A stretch of DNA of 64,000 bases, from the NCBI GenBank assembly GCA_040954595.2, contig CM082583.2:5454849-5518848 (forward strand), given 5' to 3'. Positions 12,301-25,760 of this stretch are shown piece by piece. The notes beneath the pieces were generated by a model. That model did no database searches. It was not told the DNA's origin and saw nothing but the letters and a program-made list of their open reading frames with translations. A program made the position numbers and the translations under genes. Source of the stretch: Balanoglossus misakiensis (lineage: Eukaryota > Animalia > Hemichordata). The first letter of the stretch is position 1. Each line of letters begins with the position of its first letter.

Positions 12301-15300
12301 TCAAAGAAAGCGGGCACTTCTAGCCTCCTTGAAATTCTGTGAGGGGACCCCCTAGCTCCGCCTAAATGCTAGTCAGAAACCGATAGTTGAGTAATCGCAG
12401 TGAAAGACGTAATCTGCTTACAATTACACATGGCTGCGATCCAGGTAACCGCCTTCCAAAGAACCCCCAACCAGTTCTCCGTATGCATGATTAAAATTCA
12501 TTACCTTTTTCCCCCTTTGTTGGATAAAGACAAGTGTATGGTGTTTTCATCAAATACCGCAACATCTATCGACATTGTCGTAATCCCTTAGCCTTGCTAA
12601 TTGCCCCGTGGAAGCTTTGAACGGGAAAGGCGGAATATCAAATATGCATTAGGATATTTCGGAGCCGGAGTTTTTTTTTCTCTGTTGGATGTGAAACATT
12701 TCCTCTTCTAAAGATGATGCCTCCCTCTGGACCTTCTTACCGATTGCGGCGAAAAATATAAAAAATATAAAGAGATGATGGTAACTGCTGCTTGGATTTT
12801 GAACAAAAAAACTTGCATTCAGCTCTCGTAAGAAAAGATGCTTGAAAAAGTCTTATTAGGAAAATGTACGAAGTGTGATGAAATAGTCATGGGTTTTCCC
12901 GTGGATGAAAGTGAAAGGGCTGCTTCGGCAGATGAATTTCATTTCTGTAAAAACGAGAGTGGAACTCCAGGGGGAGAATACGTGATACGTGTGATTATGC
13001 TGCCAGATAGCAAATTTCCTCGGAAGAGAAAAATGCATTGTTAGGAAGTCTAGAGGTCAGCGAATAGCGGCCTCGGAAAATGGCATCCCCTATAATGGGA
13101 TGTGATTTCAGAAATTGCTATCTCACTGGGAAATTTAGAGCACTTGAAAGCGCAGCTGACTGCCAGGTATTTTCGCCTAAATGGAGCATGAGATTCGGAG
13201 TGATTTCAATTTTGTCGAGCATTGAGAGCAAGATGACGATGGTGTTTCTTTATTTTCTTTTGACTGGAGACGAGTGAGATATAGAGTGATGTTCTGATGC
13301 CTGTAGGAAAAGAAGATAAAATTTCACACTTCTGGCTTTATATGCTCGCATGTCGGCTTTGTGCAAAAATTTGCAATCTGCCTCCTTTCCTGAGGAGTGT
13401 AGTATTTTATGCTGCATCGCTCCGTATCATACGCCTTGTGCTTGCGTTTTATCTGCTGAATGAATATTTGAAAGATGTACCCCCTTTTTTATTGAATCTA
13501 TAACCTCCTGTTATTTGCAGGTTACGGTTGCCGTGGGAACCAGCGATATGGCTACTCTGACCGAGCCCGAGTGTCTGGCGCCGTGCGAGCCCGGCACCAG
13601 CGTCAATCTGGAGGGTATTGTGTGGCAAGAAACTGATGGAGGTGAGATGAAAATTGAGGGGGAAAAATCGAAAATTCGGCAGTGCAAAAGTCAAAATTTT
13701 TCATCCATGAAAATGTGAGAGACTATGTCTTTTTTTTAAAACCTGGTGAATTTGCGTACACAATTGTCTGAGCGATAAATTTTTGATCTATATTCATTTG
13801 AGTAGGAATTGTTTTTTTTTTTTTTAGCAGTCTGGGTTGAGTGGTGTTAAAAGATCGTGAATTGAAAAACATAATTAGAATTGATAAGAGGATCTGAATT
13901 AGTCTTGATCTCGTTTCGGTTTCCCTGCAATCAATATTGGGCGAAAAATTAGTCAAGGTTTTCATCAGAAATTTGTATTATTCAGTGACAAATTAGCTGA
14001 ACTCATCAATTATTGAATATACAACAGCGATTACAATGAAAGAACAGGTCCATGAAAGGAAAAACTGCAATAAAGCGATAACAGTGGGAAGTATCTCTTG
14101 AGAGAGAAAAAAACTGTTAAGCTGCCTGAGAAATTTTTCCAATTTTCATGAGCTTATGTGGGGGACATGTGGTATTAGAAGCTGTTTTATTGTGTCTATT
14201 TGAAGCCTCGGTGTATTATGTACGGCTGTTAAAATGATAAATGAATTCAACATCGTATGATGCAGTGGCCCTAGGCTATCATTTCCACGTCTGTGGATAC
14301 CCAAAGCTTTTTACCAACCAGATCACAATTCATAGGAGCTGCAGTGCTCTGTTTTAAGAGCCTCAGAGCTTTTAGCCATTAAATTCATGCATTGGCCTTC
14401 CTCCTGCAGTCTAGGTTATTCATTCCCGTGTATTATTGACTGAATTTCAACGCCGATACTTTCTTTTCCCCTAAAAATGACGCCGTTATAAACCAATAAT
14501 TTATTTTTAGCATTTCAAAGGTGCGATTTGATAATGCTCTGATGAAATTTCTGAATGCAGGTAATTTTTTCCCTTCTGTGAACAGTTAAGCAAATCATAA
14601 GCACAATTATAGGAGAGAACTAGTTTACAATATAAAAAGACAGTGTGTGAACAAAGTAGGCATTTTTTTCTCAGCTGCCGATGTTTTTGATAATTTGTGG
14701 GATGACAAATTTCAATTAACGGCCAGACAAAAAAAATTAATGTGATACCCCACTCCATCTATTAGAATTAAGATGAATTCAGGATTTGGTATTAAAAAAT
14801 AAAATCTAGTTTTCACATCGGCAATTAAATGAATCATTGTTCAGGTTTCAAATTTTTAGAGGCTATATCATCAAATGTACAATAGCAGCTGTGAAACTGA
14901 CATGAGAAAAAAAATTGACAAAATATGGCCACCATGTGGCCATCTGGTCATTACTGGAATTATTTAAAGAAACATAATTTAATGTTTGTTTAAAGTTGTC
15001 GGCTAACCGGATGGGGGTGTTCCAGTTGAAATTGCTCAAATTGGAATATGTAGAATGGTGTTAGAGGGGTAATTTGTTACAGAAAATACCGCTATCAGAG
15101 AAGAGATCCGTTGTAAGGATTGAATAAATTACTCTCTTTTCTGAGACTCTTACTGGAAACCACTCTGATGAAATAGTCGCAGAATGGTTAACAGTTTACA
15201 TTTCCCATATTTTAACAGTCGAGTACGGTCCTACACAAAGAGAAAAATAGAGCCTTTTTTATTTGAGTAACAGGCTTTTTCTTCTAGAACACGAAATCTC

Positions 15301-18300
15301 ATGAAGCTATTTATGTATGTATACTTTGCCATTTAAAGAGAACTGCAGTTCATTATGGCTTGTGTGTGTGTCTGTGTGTGTGCGGGCATAAGCTCTCAAG
15401 AGCAGCTGGGGTAATTCTCCCCATTCTTCTTTGTTGTGTTGTCAACAAAGGAACGTCAAATGTCTGCCAGTACGCTTCTATCATCGTAATATCATTTAAT
15501 AACTGGACTGATATTTACCGCCGGAATTGAGCTGTGAATCTCCGTTCAAAGCCAATAAACGTCCGGATTAGTTTTGTGAGTGGGAAGGGAAGGTGCAGCT
15601 TGAAACCGGGAAACCATGTGTCCCAGAATTCCCAAATCAAGAGAACTGTTTTGTGCCCGTACGCCATCGCATTCAGTATTTTTCCTTGGGGTTATGATGA
15701 GATTTTAAATATTTAAAACATCTGAACCCAATATATAGTAAACCCCAGTTTATAGGTCTGTCTCTCGCTTATTTCTCATCGTAAATTTAATGTTTTGGAA
15801 ACCCAGTGTGAGATGAGCAATTTCTGTATAATCCTTTTGTCGTGGACACTAATTTTCCCCAACAGATGCGAGCAAAAATACTATAAGCAGAATGATATTT
15901 GCTTGTCTGCGCATAAAACTATCTTGCTGAAGAACTGACATCACAATAAAATGTCAGTGTTTTATACTGCATGAGAATCATGACATTTGAACCTAAAATT
16001 GCTGAAAAAAATTAGCAGTGATAGGTTAAATAGCCCGAATGTGATATTTTGCTCACCATTTTTCGAACACATATTTGACCTCATCCATCTTAATCACGTT
16101 TCAAAATTTATGATTCATTTTAAGCACTGCACTGGGGCAGTCATAAAATTTGCAGCAAGCCCTATAAAACGCTGAGTGTAATGAATAGAAGGCATGTATT
16201 TTGCTTCCATGCTGCTCATGACCATGTTTTAATACAAGATATTTTCCATTTATAGGGGGGATCCACAAAATCTGTGTAGTTTGAATGTTCATTGTTGTTT
16301 TTCGAAAACAGGAATATGACATAAAGGCATATAAAGGCACATTTTTCTTAACCTGAAGTCTGTGGTTGCAGTTTTGCTCAGTGCACTTCCTGACATGAGA
16401 GGAGAAATAGGAGATGAATCTATTTTACTTCGGCTTTGATCCTTGATGACCCTGTTTACTGAAATTCCTGACAACATATTTTGTACAGATATCTCAGGCC
16501 CAAAGGGAAACTCCACAAAAGAAAGTTCCTATTTTCTATTTTATTAAGAAGAATTTTGTTTGTTCGTTCCGCAAAAAAGACTCCCTTTGTGTACTTGTAC
16601 GCAAATCTTTTTCTCTCTGCGAATGGCAGAAGTGAAACCTCTCAGAAAATAACTTTGAACTGCGACCCGTGACCTTCCTGAGTGCCAAGAATTACATCCT
16701 CTGCATGTCTGTCAACATTGATTTGCGCGTTTATTCTAATATTAAACCTGATTCAGAAATAGGCTCTTTGTCATGTTGATTGCGACGGGAAATCTCTCAG
16801 AGTGATGGGCGATTGTGATAAGTGTGGGCCTCATTTTATTGACCTTAAATCTGAAGTGCTCTCCTCATTATTTTTGCAGGCGTTCTTGTTGTCAATGTCA
16901 CGTGGAGAAACAAAACCTACGTGGGAACGCTTCTGGATTGCAGCAAGCATAACTGGGCTCCCCCAAGGTGAGTTGTCAAAGATAAAAGAACCCCCCCCCC
17001 CCTGTTTACGTTTACCGTCTCTAGTCTTCATAATTGCCCTTCTTAACAGAAGTCTGTCCGCAACATAAAAGGAAAAAGAGATTAAAATTTCCTTTAGTTT
17101 CTGTCTCGCGTTTTATCTGCACGAGGCTACCTGGAAACACGGCTCCCCCAGAATCAATCATTTAAGAATTACCTTGTGGGATTGCATCCGTCTGTGCTGA
17201 CAGATAAGTAACAGACACAATGTAATGTTTTGAGTGCATTATGAAAGCGCACAATTGCGGTGGTGCCGTATCTGCATTAGTCGGCTCGTTCTAGGCTTCA
17301 GATCAATTGCGGGTGATTTCGTCTATTCTGTTCGCATCCATACCAAGATTATATGAAAATCCATACTGAAGTCAAATTGCATGAAATAAAAAAGTGTTTG
17401 AATGCGGTTGGTAACACGTGTCCCGTTTTCCACCTAGGTTCTGCGATTCGCCCACCAGCGACATGGAAGTGAGGCCGCCGAAGTCCGGAGGAAGGGGCAA
17501 GCGAGGGCGCTCTAACTCCAGCACTCCTCTGATGGGCGGCGGCGACATGAGCAACTACACGGAGACCCGGACGTCCATCCACAGCAAGCTGCGCAACTCC
17601 AACGGGAAAGGTCGCCGGGGCAGCGCGGCCGGGTCGAGGACTCCCACGAACGGCCTGGAGCGCGGCAAGAGGAAGAGCAAGCCGCTGGACTTGGATTTGA
17701 ACTCGAGCTACGACGAAGGGCGCGCGGCCAGCAAGCGCATCCGGACGAACTCTCGGGGCACGCCGACGACCCCGCACACGCCCGCGGAAAGTGCGGTCAA
17801 CGACATGCCCCCGTCTCCAGTACTAATCGAATGCCCGGAACCGAACTGTGGGAAAAAATACAAACATATAAACGGACTGCGCTATCATCAGACCCACGCT
17901 CACTTGAACGCAGCTGCCGGTAAAATGGACGTCTCGGCCGAAGAGCAGGAGAGCGAAACAAAGTCCCTGTCGTCAGAGGACAGCAGTACTGTCTCGGTAC
18001 CTGCGGAAAGCCTGGTGAAATCGAAAGCGCCCGCACAAAGCGAATATGACTTTTCAGACTCTAACTCCAAAAACACAACTGTGAAGGGGCTAGCCGCCAA
18101 GGCCGGACACGACGGCAAATGTCCTCCGACGAACACTGTCGGCGTTGTTGTCAAACAGGAACCCGACGTCGTTGAAAAGGGGGAAAGTGTGATCAAGGAG
18201 TCCGAGAAGAAGGAGGAGAAACCGCAGACTCCAAAGTCCTCGAAGTCCAAGCACGATAAAGTCGCCGGAAAGTCGCACAAGGGTTCCGAGAAGGTGAAGG

Positions 18301-21300
18301 TCAAGGACGGCTCCGGCACTCCGAAGCAGAGGATGAAGAAACACGTGTCTTCCGGGGAGGACACCTCGCTGGAGTTCCAGGCCATGGTGGAGAACGCCCT
18401 GGCCTCGCAGAACCAGCAAGGCATGATTCCCGAGGTCGGTGCTAGTAGTAGCGTCAGGAAAGACGTGGTGACCGTGGCCGGCACGGTGACACCCGCGGCC
18501 GTCAATCCGGCGGTCACCAGCGTCATACAGAGCATCAAGATCGAGCCGGGACTCAAGGAGAGCAGCAGCAGCAGCGCCTGTTGTAATGCGCAGCCTGCTG
18601 CCCCTCCACCTCCTCCTCCTCCTCCGCCACCTCCTCCTCCCCCGAGCCTGGAGAAAATCCGAACCCCCACAAAGGAGGAGGTCAGGGCCGCTTCCGAAAC
18701 GGCCGAACCCGAGGGACCAAAGAAGAGGGACAAAGAGAAGCACAAGTCGGGCGAGCGGGAGAAACACAAGAAAAGCAGCAAGGCCGAGAAATCTGTGCCA
18801 AAGTTGAAAAGCGCCCGGCCCATCGCTCCCGCGCCTCCAGTGCCCCAGCTCATCGCAATCCCGGGGTTTGCCGCCACGAGCACCGCGGGAGGCACGGTGA
18901 CAATAAGCCCCGTGACGACGAACCCTCAAGCGACTCCGATCAGCCCCCCTCTGATACCGATTCAACCCAAGCCGACCGTCATGGGGGAACCCATGGTGAA
19001 CCCGTCTCTCTCGTCTCTCAAAGAGCGGAAGCACAAAAGCAAGAAGAAGTCGAAGGACAGGGAGAGAGAGAAGGAGGACAGGGGGGAGAAATCGAAAGAG
19101 TCGTCCAAAGACAAAGAGGGCAAAGACAAACACAGCAAGCAGACGGCCGAGAGGAATAAAATGGAGGAGACGAATATACTGAAAAGGGCATTAACGGAAT
19201 CAGGGATATTGGACGAAGCCGAGAAGAGCCCATCTCCACCCCAGAACAATGAACCGGCTTCGGCCGTATTTACACCTTCCAGTCTGGCCAGTGAGCCGCC
19301 CAAAGCGGTCGTGGCGCCGACCAGGCCGGAGATCCCCAAGCTGATCCCGAGCGACAGCGTCCCAAAGTCGGCCGCGGCGCATGTGATCACGAGCGCCCCA
19401 AAGTCGGTGGACGGCGATTCAATACACCGGCACGACCGGCAGCAGGGGTGCGGACTGAGTAACCTGAGCGCGAACACGGCCGCCGTGGCGCCCAACTCGC
19501 ACGCCCCTTCCGAGCCGCTGCACGTCATCACCACGGCGTCGCAGGCGGGCAGCATCAGCAGCAGCGCCAACCAGGACGCCAGGAGCCCCGCCTACTCGGA
19601 CATCTCCGACGCCAACGACGACATCGGCGCCGACGGCCCCAAGCAGTGCGACGACCCGTACCAGTTCAACGACGACTCGCAGCCGCCCGCGGTCAAGAGC
19701 CACCACGCCCTGCACGGCGAGATGAGGAAGGAGCGCGAGGAGGTCTCCGTGTACGCGCCGTACAGCAGCAGCCTGACCTCCAAGATGCACTCCCCGTCAG
19801 TGCTGGAGAGCAAGAAGAGGCCGAGCGAAGAAAGCGCGAAGTATCTCCAGAAGGACTCCGAAAAGCACAAGAGGGACGCGGGGGAGCCCTCGGAGGCCAG
19901 CGAACACAAAAAAGCCAAGAAGGACGAGACGCAGGACCAGTCGAAGCCGTCCTCGTCGCTGGGTCAGTTTCCGGAGCAACGGCACCCGTCTCCCAAGATG
20001 ATACCGCAGCAGATGTACCCCCAGTATCCCTACATGCCCGGCTACATGGGCTACAGTATAGACAGGACGTACCACATGCACCTCATGGCCACGGACCCCC
20101 ACTACCGACACCAACACGAGAAGTTCATGGAAGACCAGGAGAGAATCAGGCAGGAGCACGAACGGGCGGAGTGGGAGAAGCGCGAGAAAGCCAAACAGGA
20201 CAAACCGCCGAGGACCCCCGACAAGGAGAGCGAAAAGCTCAAGGCGGAGCAGCCTAGTGCGTCGAAAAGCGCCGAGAGGAAAGAGGCGCGGGCGGGCGAC
20301 CCGGAAAACTGGCAGAGGGGGGAGGATAGACTGAACGATAGAATGAAGGAGAAACAGAGGGAGAACCACCAGATCATGGCGGAGAGTATCGAGCTGAAGT
20401 CGCAGGTGAGCCAGCCACCTCCGTCCAGGGAGCCCATCTATGACGCGAGGGTGCTGTACGAGCGCAGGCAGAGGGAGGACATCAGGCAGCATTACCTGTA
20501 TCAGCAGAAGGTGTTGGAACAGCAGAGGTACGAGGAAGAGCGCAGGCGACAGCAGCAGAGCGAGAAGGAGAAGAGGGAAAGGTCGGAGTCGAAACCCAGC
20601 GAGTCGACGAGCGAAACGCCAAAGAAGGAACGGCCCGTGAAAGAGACGCCCGCCAAGCCGGAAAAGGAACCCAAGCCATCGGCCAAACCCGTGGAAGACA
20701 AGAGGGAAGACCGCGAGCAGAGGAAAGCGGAGGAGAAGTTGCACCAGGCGATGGAGTCGAAGCCCCATCACCACGAAGCGGCCAAGTTCCCCGACGGCTA
20801 CCCGGCGTACATGCAGCACCCGTTCATGCAGTCGGCCCACTACAGCCCGGTGCCCTTTGATCCCAACCACCCGGCGTACCGGCCCGTCAACCCCATCATG
20901 ACGGTGCAGCCCAGCGGGTTTCCCGGAGCGCCGTACCTGACTCCGGAATTCCGGTACTCGGGGCCGGCCGTGGTGACGCCGCCCTGGAAGATGCCCGCGG
21001 CGGCCGAGGAGAAGGCGATGGAGCACGAGAGGGAGAGAGAACGGGAACGAGAGCAGGAGAGGCAGCGAGAGCGGGCGGCTGTGGTCTCGCCTTTAGCCAA
21101 GTCGCCGCACACCGCCACTTCCCGGCACACCTCGCCCGAACGGCCGCCCAAAGCCCTTGAACTACTTCAGCAGCGCGCCTCACAGTACTACAGCTCACAG
21201 CACAAGGGAGGAGAGCCCAGGTCTTCGTCGGAGGACAGGAGTAAAACAGTATCGCCGGCGAGGCCAACATCGAGATCGCCCGCCCACAAACCACACCCCA

Positions 21301-21908
21301 GCGAGGGACACCCTTCCAAGGGAGAGAGTCCCTGTCAGCTTGAGCCTGGCTTGTGTCACGAGATGTCACCACCAATGCAAAGACACCTACATACCCACCA
21401 CCACACGCACCATGTGGGCATGGGCTATCCCATCATGGCTGCGCCCTATGACCCCTATGGTAAGTTCAAAGTTCAGCTGTCTATTCCTGCTTGAGATTGA
21501 ATACAAATGCATTTCTAAACTCCCCTTTGAATACATGTTCAGAAAGTTTTTTCTCTAGGAGAGGTTTGCTTAGATGGCATCAATAACCCATACCCTTGTG
21601 TTGAATACAAAAATGCACTAGTAGTTTGAAAAACAAAATAATCAACCACTAATGGAATATTCCATTCTTTTCTCAGCTGCAGTGTTAGCAACCCCACAAG
21701 CGGCTGCTGTTGCCAGTATTTCTCCCTACACAGCCAGAAGGTGAGAATCCACCCTATAGATTTAATCTTCCCACCACTATTTCCCTGTAAATGGTTCTGC
21801 CCACACCACTGAAAGCAGTTGGATCTGACAAAAATTTTGTTAATCAAAACATGTACCTTGGTTTTTTATGTGTCTAATTCATTTTTCTGATTGTCTTCCA
21901 GGGAGTAA
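5693..21908 (+). CDS. ZNF608: ZNF608/ZNF609-like (brakeless/scribbler family) transcriptional co-regulator; join(5693..6355,13521..13641,16880..16967,17438..21459,21677..21740,21902..21908), about 1654 aa
   Basis: Family motifs [66 protein letters not shown], a single C2H2 finger, [11 protein letters not shown] and [11 protein letters not shown]. All introns are GT-AG with matching phases; total 4965 nt = 1655 codons. Probably co-orthologous to both vertebrate paralogs. Confidence 0.93.
8480..8664. mobile_element. TA-flanked MITE with imperfect TIRs
   Basis: TACTGTAAAATGGGAATTT ... AAATTTCCATATTACAGTA (19 bp, 2 mismatches); internal CGCGAAA-type repeats. Confidence 0.6.
13521..13641 (+). CDS. 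ZNF608: ZNF608/609 coding exon 2
   Basis: ttgcag|GTT; [40 protein letters not shown]; donor g|gtgag, phase 1. Confidence 0.93.
16880..16967 (+). CDS. ZNF608: ZNF608/609 coding exon 3
   Basis: tttgcag|; [29 protein letters not shown]; donor ag|gtgagt, phase 2. Confidence 0.95.
17438..21459 (+). CDS. ZNF608: ZNF608/609 large coding exon 4 (4022 nt) with C2H2 zinc finger
   Basis: cacctag|; RFCDSPTSD...; finger [24 protein letters not shown] at about 17832-17903; poly-Pro at about 18601-18643; donor tatg|gtaagt. Confidence 0.95.
21677..21740 (+). CDS. ZNF608: ZNF608/609 coding exon 5
   Basis: ttttctcag|; [21 protein letters not shown], resembling the family C-terminus; donor ag|gtgaga; alternative acceptor 6 nt downstream is possible. 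Confidence 0.85.
21902..21908 (+). CDS. ZNF608: ZNF608/609 terminal coding exon (R-E-stop), followed by 3' UTR
   Basis: ttgtcttccag|G GAG TAA completes ...TARRE*. Confidence 0.75.
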
Positions 21909-24686
21909 TATTTAAGATGTGATCGTGACCTGGAATATTTAAGATATTGTCTACAAATTGGTGCTAGTACTACATCCTTTAACCTGCGTGTGTGTGCGTG
22001 TGTTTATCGATGGAGATCAAACCTCTATATCCAGCTACCAGATGCTGCAAGGATTTCTTTGGCCTGTAAACTTGACTGTACATTGTGATGGCGGATTTGA
22101 CCTTTGACCTGTAGAGAGACTAAAGAGGATGCTTGGACTGTCATGTATGTGTGACCGCCCGTGAAACTTAGTGAACGTGGATATCGCCAAGCGTGTTGTT
22201 GCCGCCACTGATTGTGAAGGATGATGGATTTACACAGAAGTCTACCAGTGCTTGTGTGACTTTGGTACTCTGTGATTTTACCGTGTAAATTTGTGTGTGT
22301 TTTTTACGAACTGCGGGTCTGTAGTAGCACGGACGCGAATCGTCTCTCTGCATGCTGACGGCTTTTTAAACGCTGATTCATCGGAGTCCAAGAGACTGTA
22401 TTGGCTGTAGATGTCATCTGTGTGTGTGTATTGCTGGTCTTGGTCTTTAACGAAAAGCGATTTTGCATTCAACCCCAGTACTGGACCCAGGCTAATACGT
22501 GTGTACATAGACGTTTTTGTAGAAAAAAAGCCGGAGCCTGTGGAACGATTGCGGGATTACGAAACAACTCGACTGTGGGACAGACCGCGTTTCTTGAACC
22601 ACGCGAACCATAGCCAACTGTGTCGTATGCATCTGGATTTTTAGTGACCAAATGCTGAGAAAAGATGTACATCTTGTTCTGCCAACATTGCTCTCAGCAG
22701 GAAGACAAAAATGCAAGAAAAAAAAGCCTCTTTTGTTTGTGTTTTTGCCACATCTTCAGTTGAACTTCTGATGCCAAGCTGCCAACTCAATATTGCCGGC
22801 CTGAGCGACCTGATTGGTTGGCTGACCAGTCAGCCTGGGTGAGGTGGCAGTACCTGATTGGTCGAAACTTTGATTTGGAGTTAAAGGTTGCTGATTAAAA
22901 AGAAACAAGTGCTGCTTTGTCAGGCATTTGAAATGAAATAAAATAAATTTACAAAAGAAAAAAAGCCAACACCAATGGTGGCCTATACAGGCCTTCCATT
23001 GTACATTTCATGTAAAACAGAGTTATATATTTTTTTTTTTTTTAAACAAGTGTTTTTGTTTGTGTGGCAAATATTTTTTGTTTGTGTGTAGTTAACTAGA
23101 ATCTGTACGATGACAACTCTTATGATGTATAAGCTGAAATATCAAGAAAGAAACTTCAAATTTACTTCATGGGAAGAGTACCACCGAGATAAAAAAAAAA
23201 CTTCACCAGTCATGTGACAGCCTTGTTCAACACTGATTTTTCAAATACATAGTGAAATTCATTCTCCTATAAACTTTTTGAAATACCATCTTAGAATCTG
23301 TTTGTGTGATATGTGTGCATGTGATAATATTTACAAGCACAGTGGAATAAGAATGGCTTTTTTAGTGGTCGGAAATCTCCACTGTTAACAATATAATCCA
23401 TTCTTGTCTGTTATTCTGTGGTTTATACCTTGAAGTAAAATACGGAGTAACCCCCAGTGAAGTGGAAAAAATAATACTAATGATGAGCTTTCACTTTAAT
23501 ACTGTGAACAGTATTTTGCACAATCCAGTGTCAATGATTAGCAATAGTTCTCTTTTTTTTTCTTTAACATTTGTTCGTAGTAGACAAGTAGTCCCATATT
23601 TTTTTTCTGCGCTCTTTCCCCCCGAACAACACAATTCAAAAGTAGTGTAGGGTTCCATACAAAAAACATGTAGCTTAGTACAACATCCATGTGCATGATG
23701 TGTGCAGATCTGGGGTTGTTGAGGGGCAATGTGGCATTGTGAGGTGGTAATTTAATACCACCTCTCCTGTTTTTGTATCAAAAATGGTTTAGTCCACAAC
23801 ACCCCTGCAGAGAATAATAAGCCCAGTTTCTGCACATTTCAGAATGGGGAAAAATGGTGAAAGACAGGGTAAAGTGTTTCTTGTTCCTGTTGGCAGCACT
23901 CGGATGCTCCCAGACCCTTTGGGGTTTGTTGTCCGAACAGGATGTAGTAGACTGTACCATTATTAGGTAGGGGTTTGTAGCTTTCAAACTAAAGAAGCGC
24001 ATCCCCTCCCACTGAAAATTGCATTGCACAGGTGTACAAAACCTCTAGGACTCACCTTCGTAAGAAGGCACTACACAACAATGCAAAATGTCGCACGTTT
24101 GCAGTAGTTACACTTGTGTGTGACACGTTGGGTTCACATTCGTGAAACCAGTGCAATGAAGAAAAATAAATCTGCAAGAAAAACATTCACATGAGTGGTT
24201 GCAATTCAGACAAATTCATATCCTTGTCCCCTTCATAAACGGTGTGCTCGGGTGCATTAGGAAAAAAAATCCAAAACAAAACACAACAAAAAAAATTATG
24301 GTGCTGTCGGTTCTTTTCCCCAATTTTTGTGTGTGTATCCAAAACTTAAAAATCCAAGTGTGATTTCTAGGCAAGCCTGCAAAGTTGGCCTGTTTTGAAG
24401 TCTTAAGCGTTGATTGCTTGCAAGCAGGAAGTGGTCATTTTAAACTGTGGCAGCACACTATAAGTGTGGTGATTTTATCGGAAAAAAGAGAGAAAAAATG
24501 TAATATAAAAGACTTGTAACTCTTGAAAAGTCAAACATTCTGTAGATGTGTTCACTGACTTTGCCAGTACCGATGGTCATAGTGTCAGTATTGTTATTTC
24601 TTTCTGATTTTTTTTTTGAAAATCTGTGTAAAAAAAGACTTCTGATTTATGTCTGTGATATTTCCTATTACTGGTGTCTTTTTGCC

Positions 24687-24692
24687 AATAAA
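24687..24692 (+). terminator. Probable polyadenylation signal of ZNF608/609 (3' UTR about 2.8 kb)
   Basis: AATAAA followed by U/GU-rich sequence (ttctttttat, tgtggttgtctttgttt) at the end of an AT-rich UTR-like tract. Confidence 0.5.
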
Positions 24693-24826
24693 AAAGTTCG
24701 AAAGTTGAATTTCTTTTTATAATGAATATCAATGTGGTTGTCTTTGTTTCCCAAATGCATATAAAACACAGGAATGTTCATGTATATCACGCACACCTAC
24801 ATACATGATAAATGCATTATACAGAA

Positions 24827-24898
24827 ACACACACACACATATGCATGCACATACATACATACATACATACATACATACATACATACATACATACATAC
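24827..24898 (+). repeat. (CA)n/(TACA)n microsatellite
   Basis: Visible tandem run. Confidence 0.9.
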
Positions 24899-25049
24899 CG
24901 TCAATATTATATGATGTTATACAAATAGGGCAAAATTACCTTAATCACGTGGGAGTTCTGGCCTCCAGAATCTTTCTCAATATTTAAAAATGCGCTAGCT
25001 TTGATGAAACATTTATTTCATATACCGAGTTTTCCTTTGAAGTGAGTTT

Positions 25050-25760
25050 CGTGGAATAATAAACGAAGAACGCATATCCTGTGGGATTTTAATACAATGT
25101 TGCACTTCTCATGTTTAAAAGATATAATGTTCAACCCTTTCGTTCCATTCTCCGCATCTGTAAAGAGGAAAGCCCCTCGCAGATATTCTAGAAAGTGGTG
25201 ATAATTTCTTTCAATCGCTAGTCTTAACTGGGAACAATTTATTTACAAACCTTGACCTTACCCACAACTTTATATTGAATGGACTATATGATTTTATTTC
25301 TGAAGTCACACATTTATCAGTCATGCACTTTACCTCATGTTTATCAGCTGGGATAATTTCTTCTACATGCAGAATTGGGTGTATGAGGTCAGGGTCAGAG
25401 AAAATGGAGATGTAAACAATAACAAAGGAAAGATTAATGAATTTTCTAGGAATTGTCGTACGTTGAATGTGTCGTATGAGAACATTGACACACAAGGAAC
25501 TAAACATATCTGTTTTTTTGTGGCACTCGACACAAAAGCTGCTTTTTATGGCTTTGTGAACATTTCCTGTGCTGCCAGTGTTTGTACGGACATGAAGAAT
25601 GATTATGGAGACGTAAAAATGAACGGAAGATAGCCAAGGGATAAACATGCTATTAAAAGATCAGGTCAGCGAGGCTTGACTGTAGGCGTCGGTTATACTG
25701 TAGGTTTCAGTGGTAGCCTTGAAACGTTATTGTTGATCATAATTTTCTCCGACTGCTGTA
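25050..25760 (+). pseudogene. Possible decayed peptidase C76-like (herpes BPLF1-type) domain, as carried by some animal transposons
   Basis: QCCTS...PHL*RGKPLADILESGDNFFQSL and, in another frame, DKHAIKRSG...G...GFSGSLETL, with stops and frameshifts; similarity judged by eye only. Confidence 0.25.

Noticed and set aside
17900-21375. Long antisense and alternative-frame ORFs (331, 347, 409 aa and others) over ZNF608 exon 4
   Set aside because: Expected shadows of a GC3-rich, low-complexity coding exon; no recognisable domains
17418-21494. Treating the 1358-aa ORF as a standalone single-exon gene
   Set aside because: It starts at GTG inside an intron and is clearly an internal exon bounded by splice sites at 17438 and 21459
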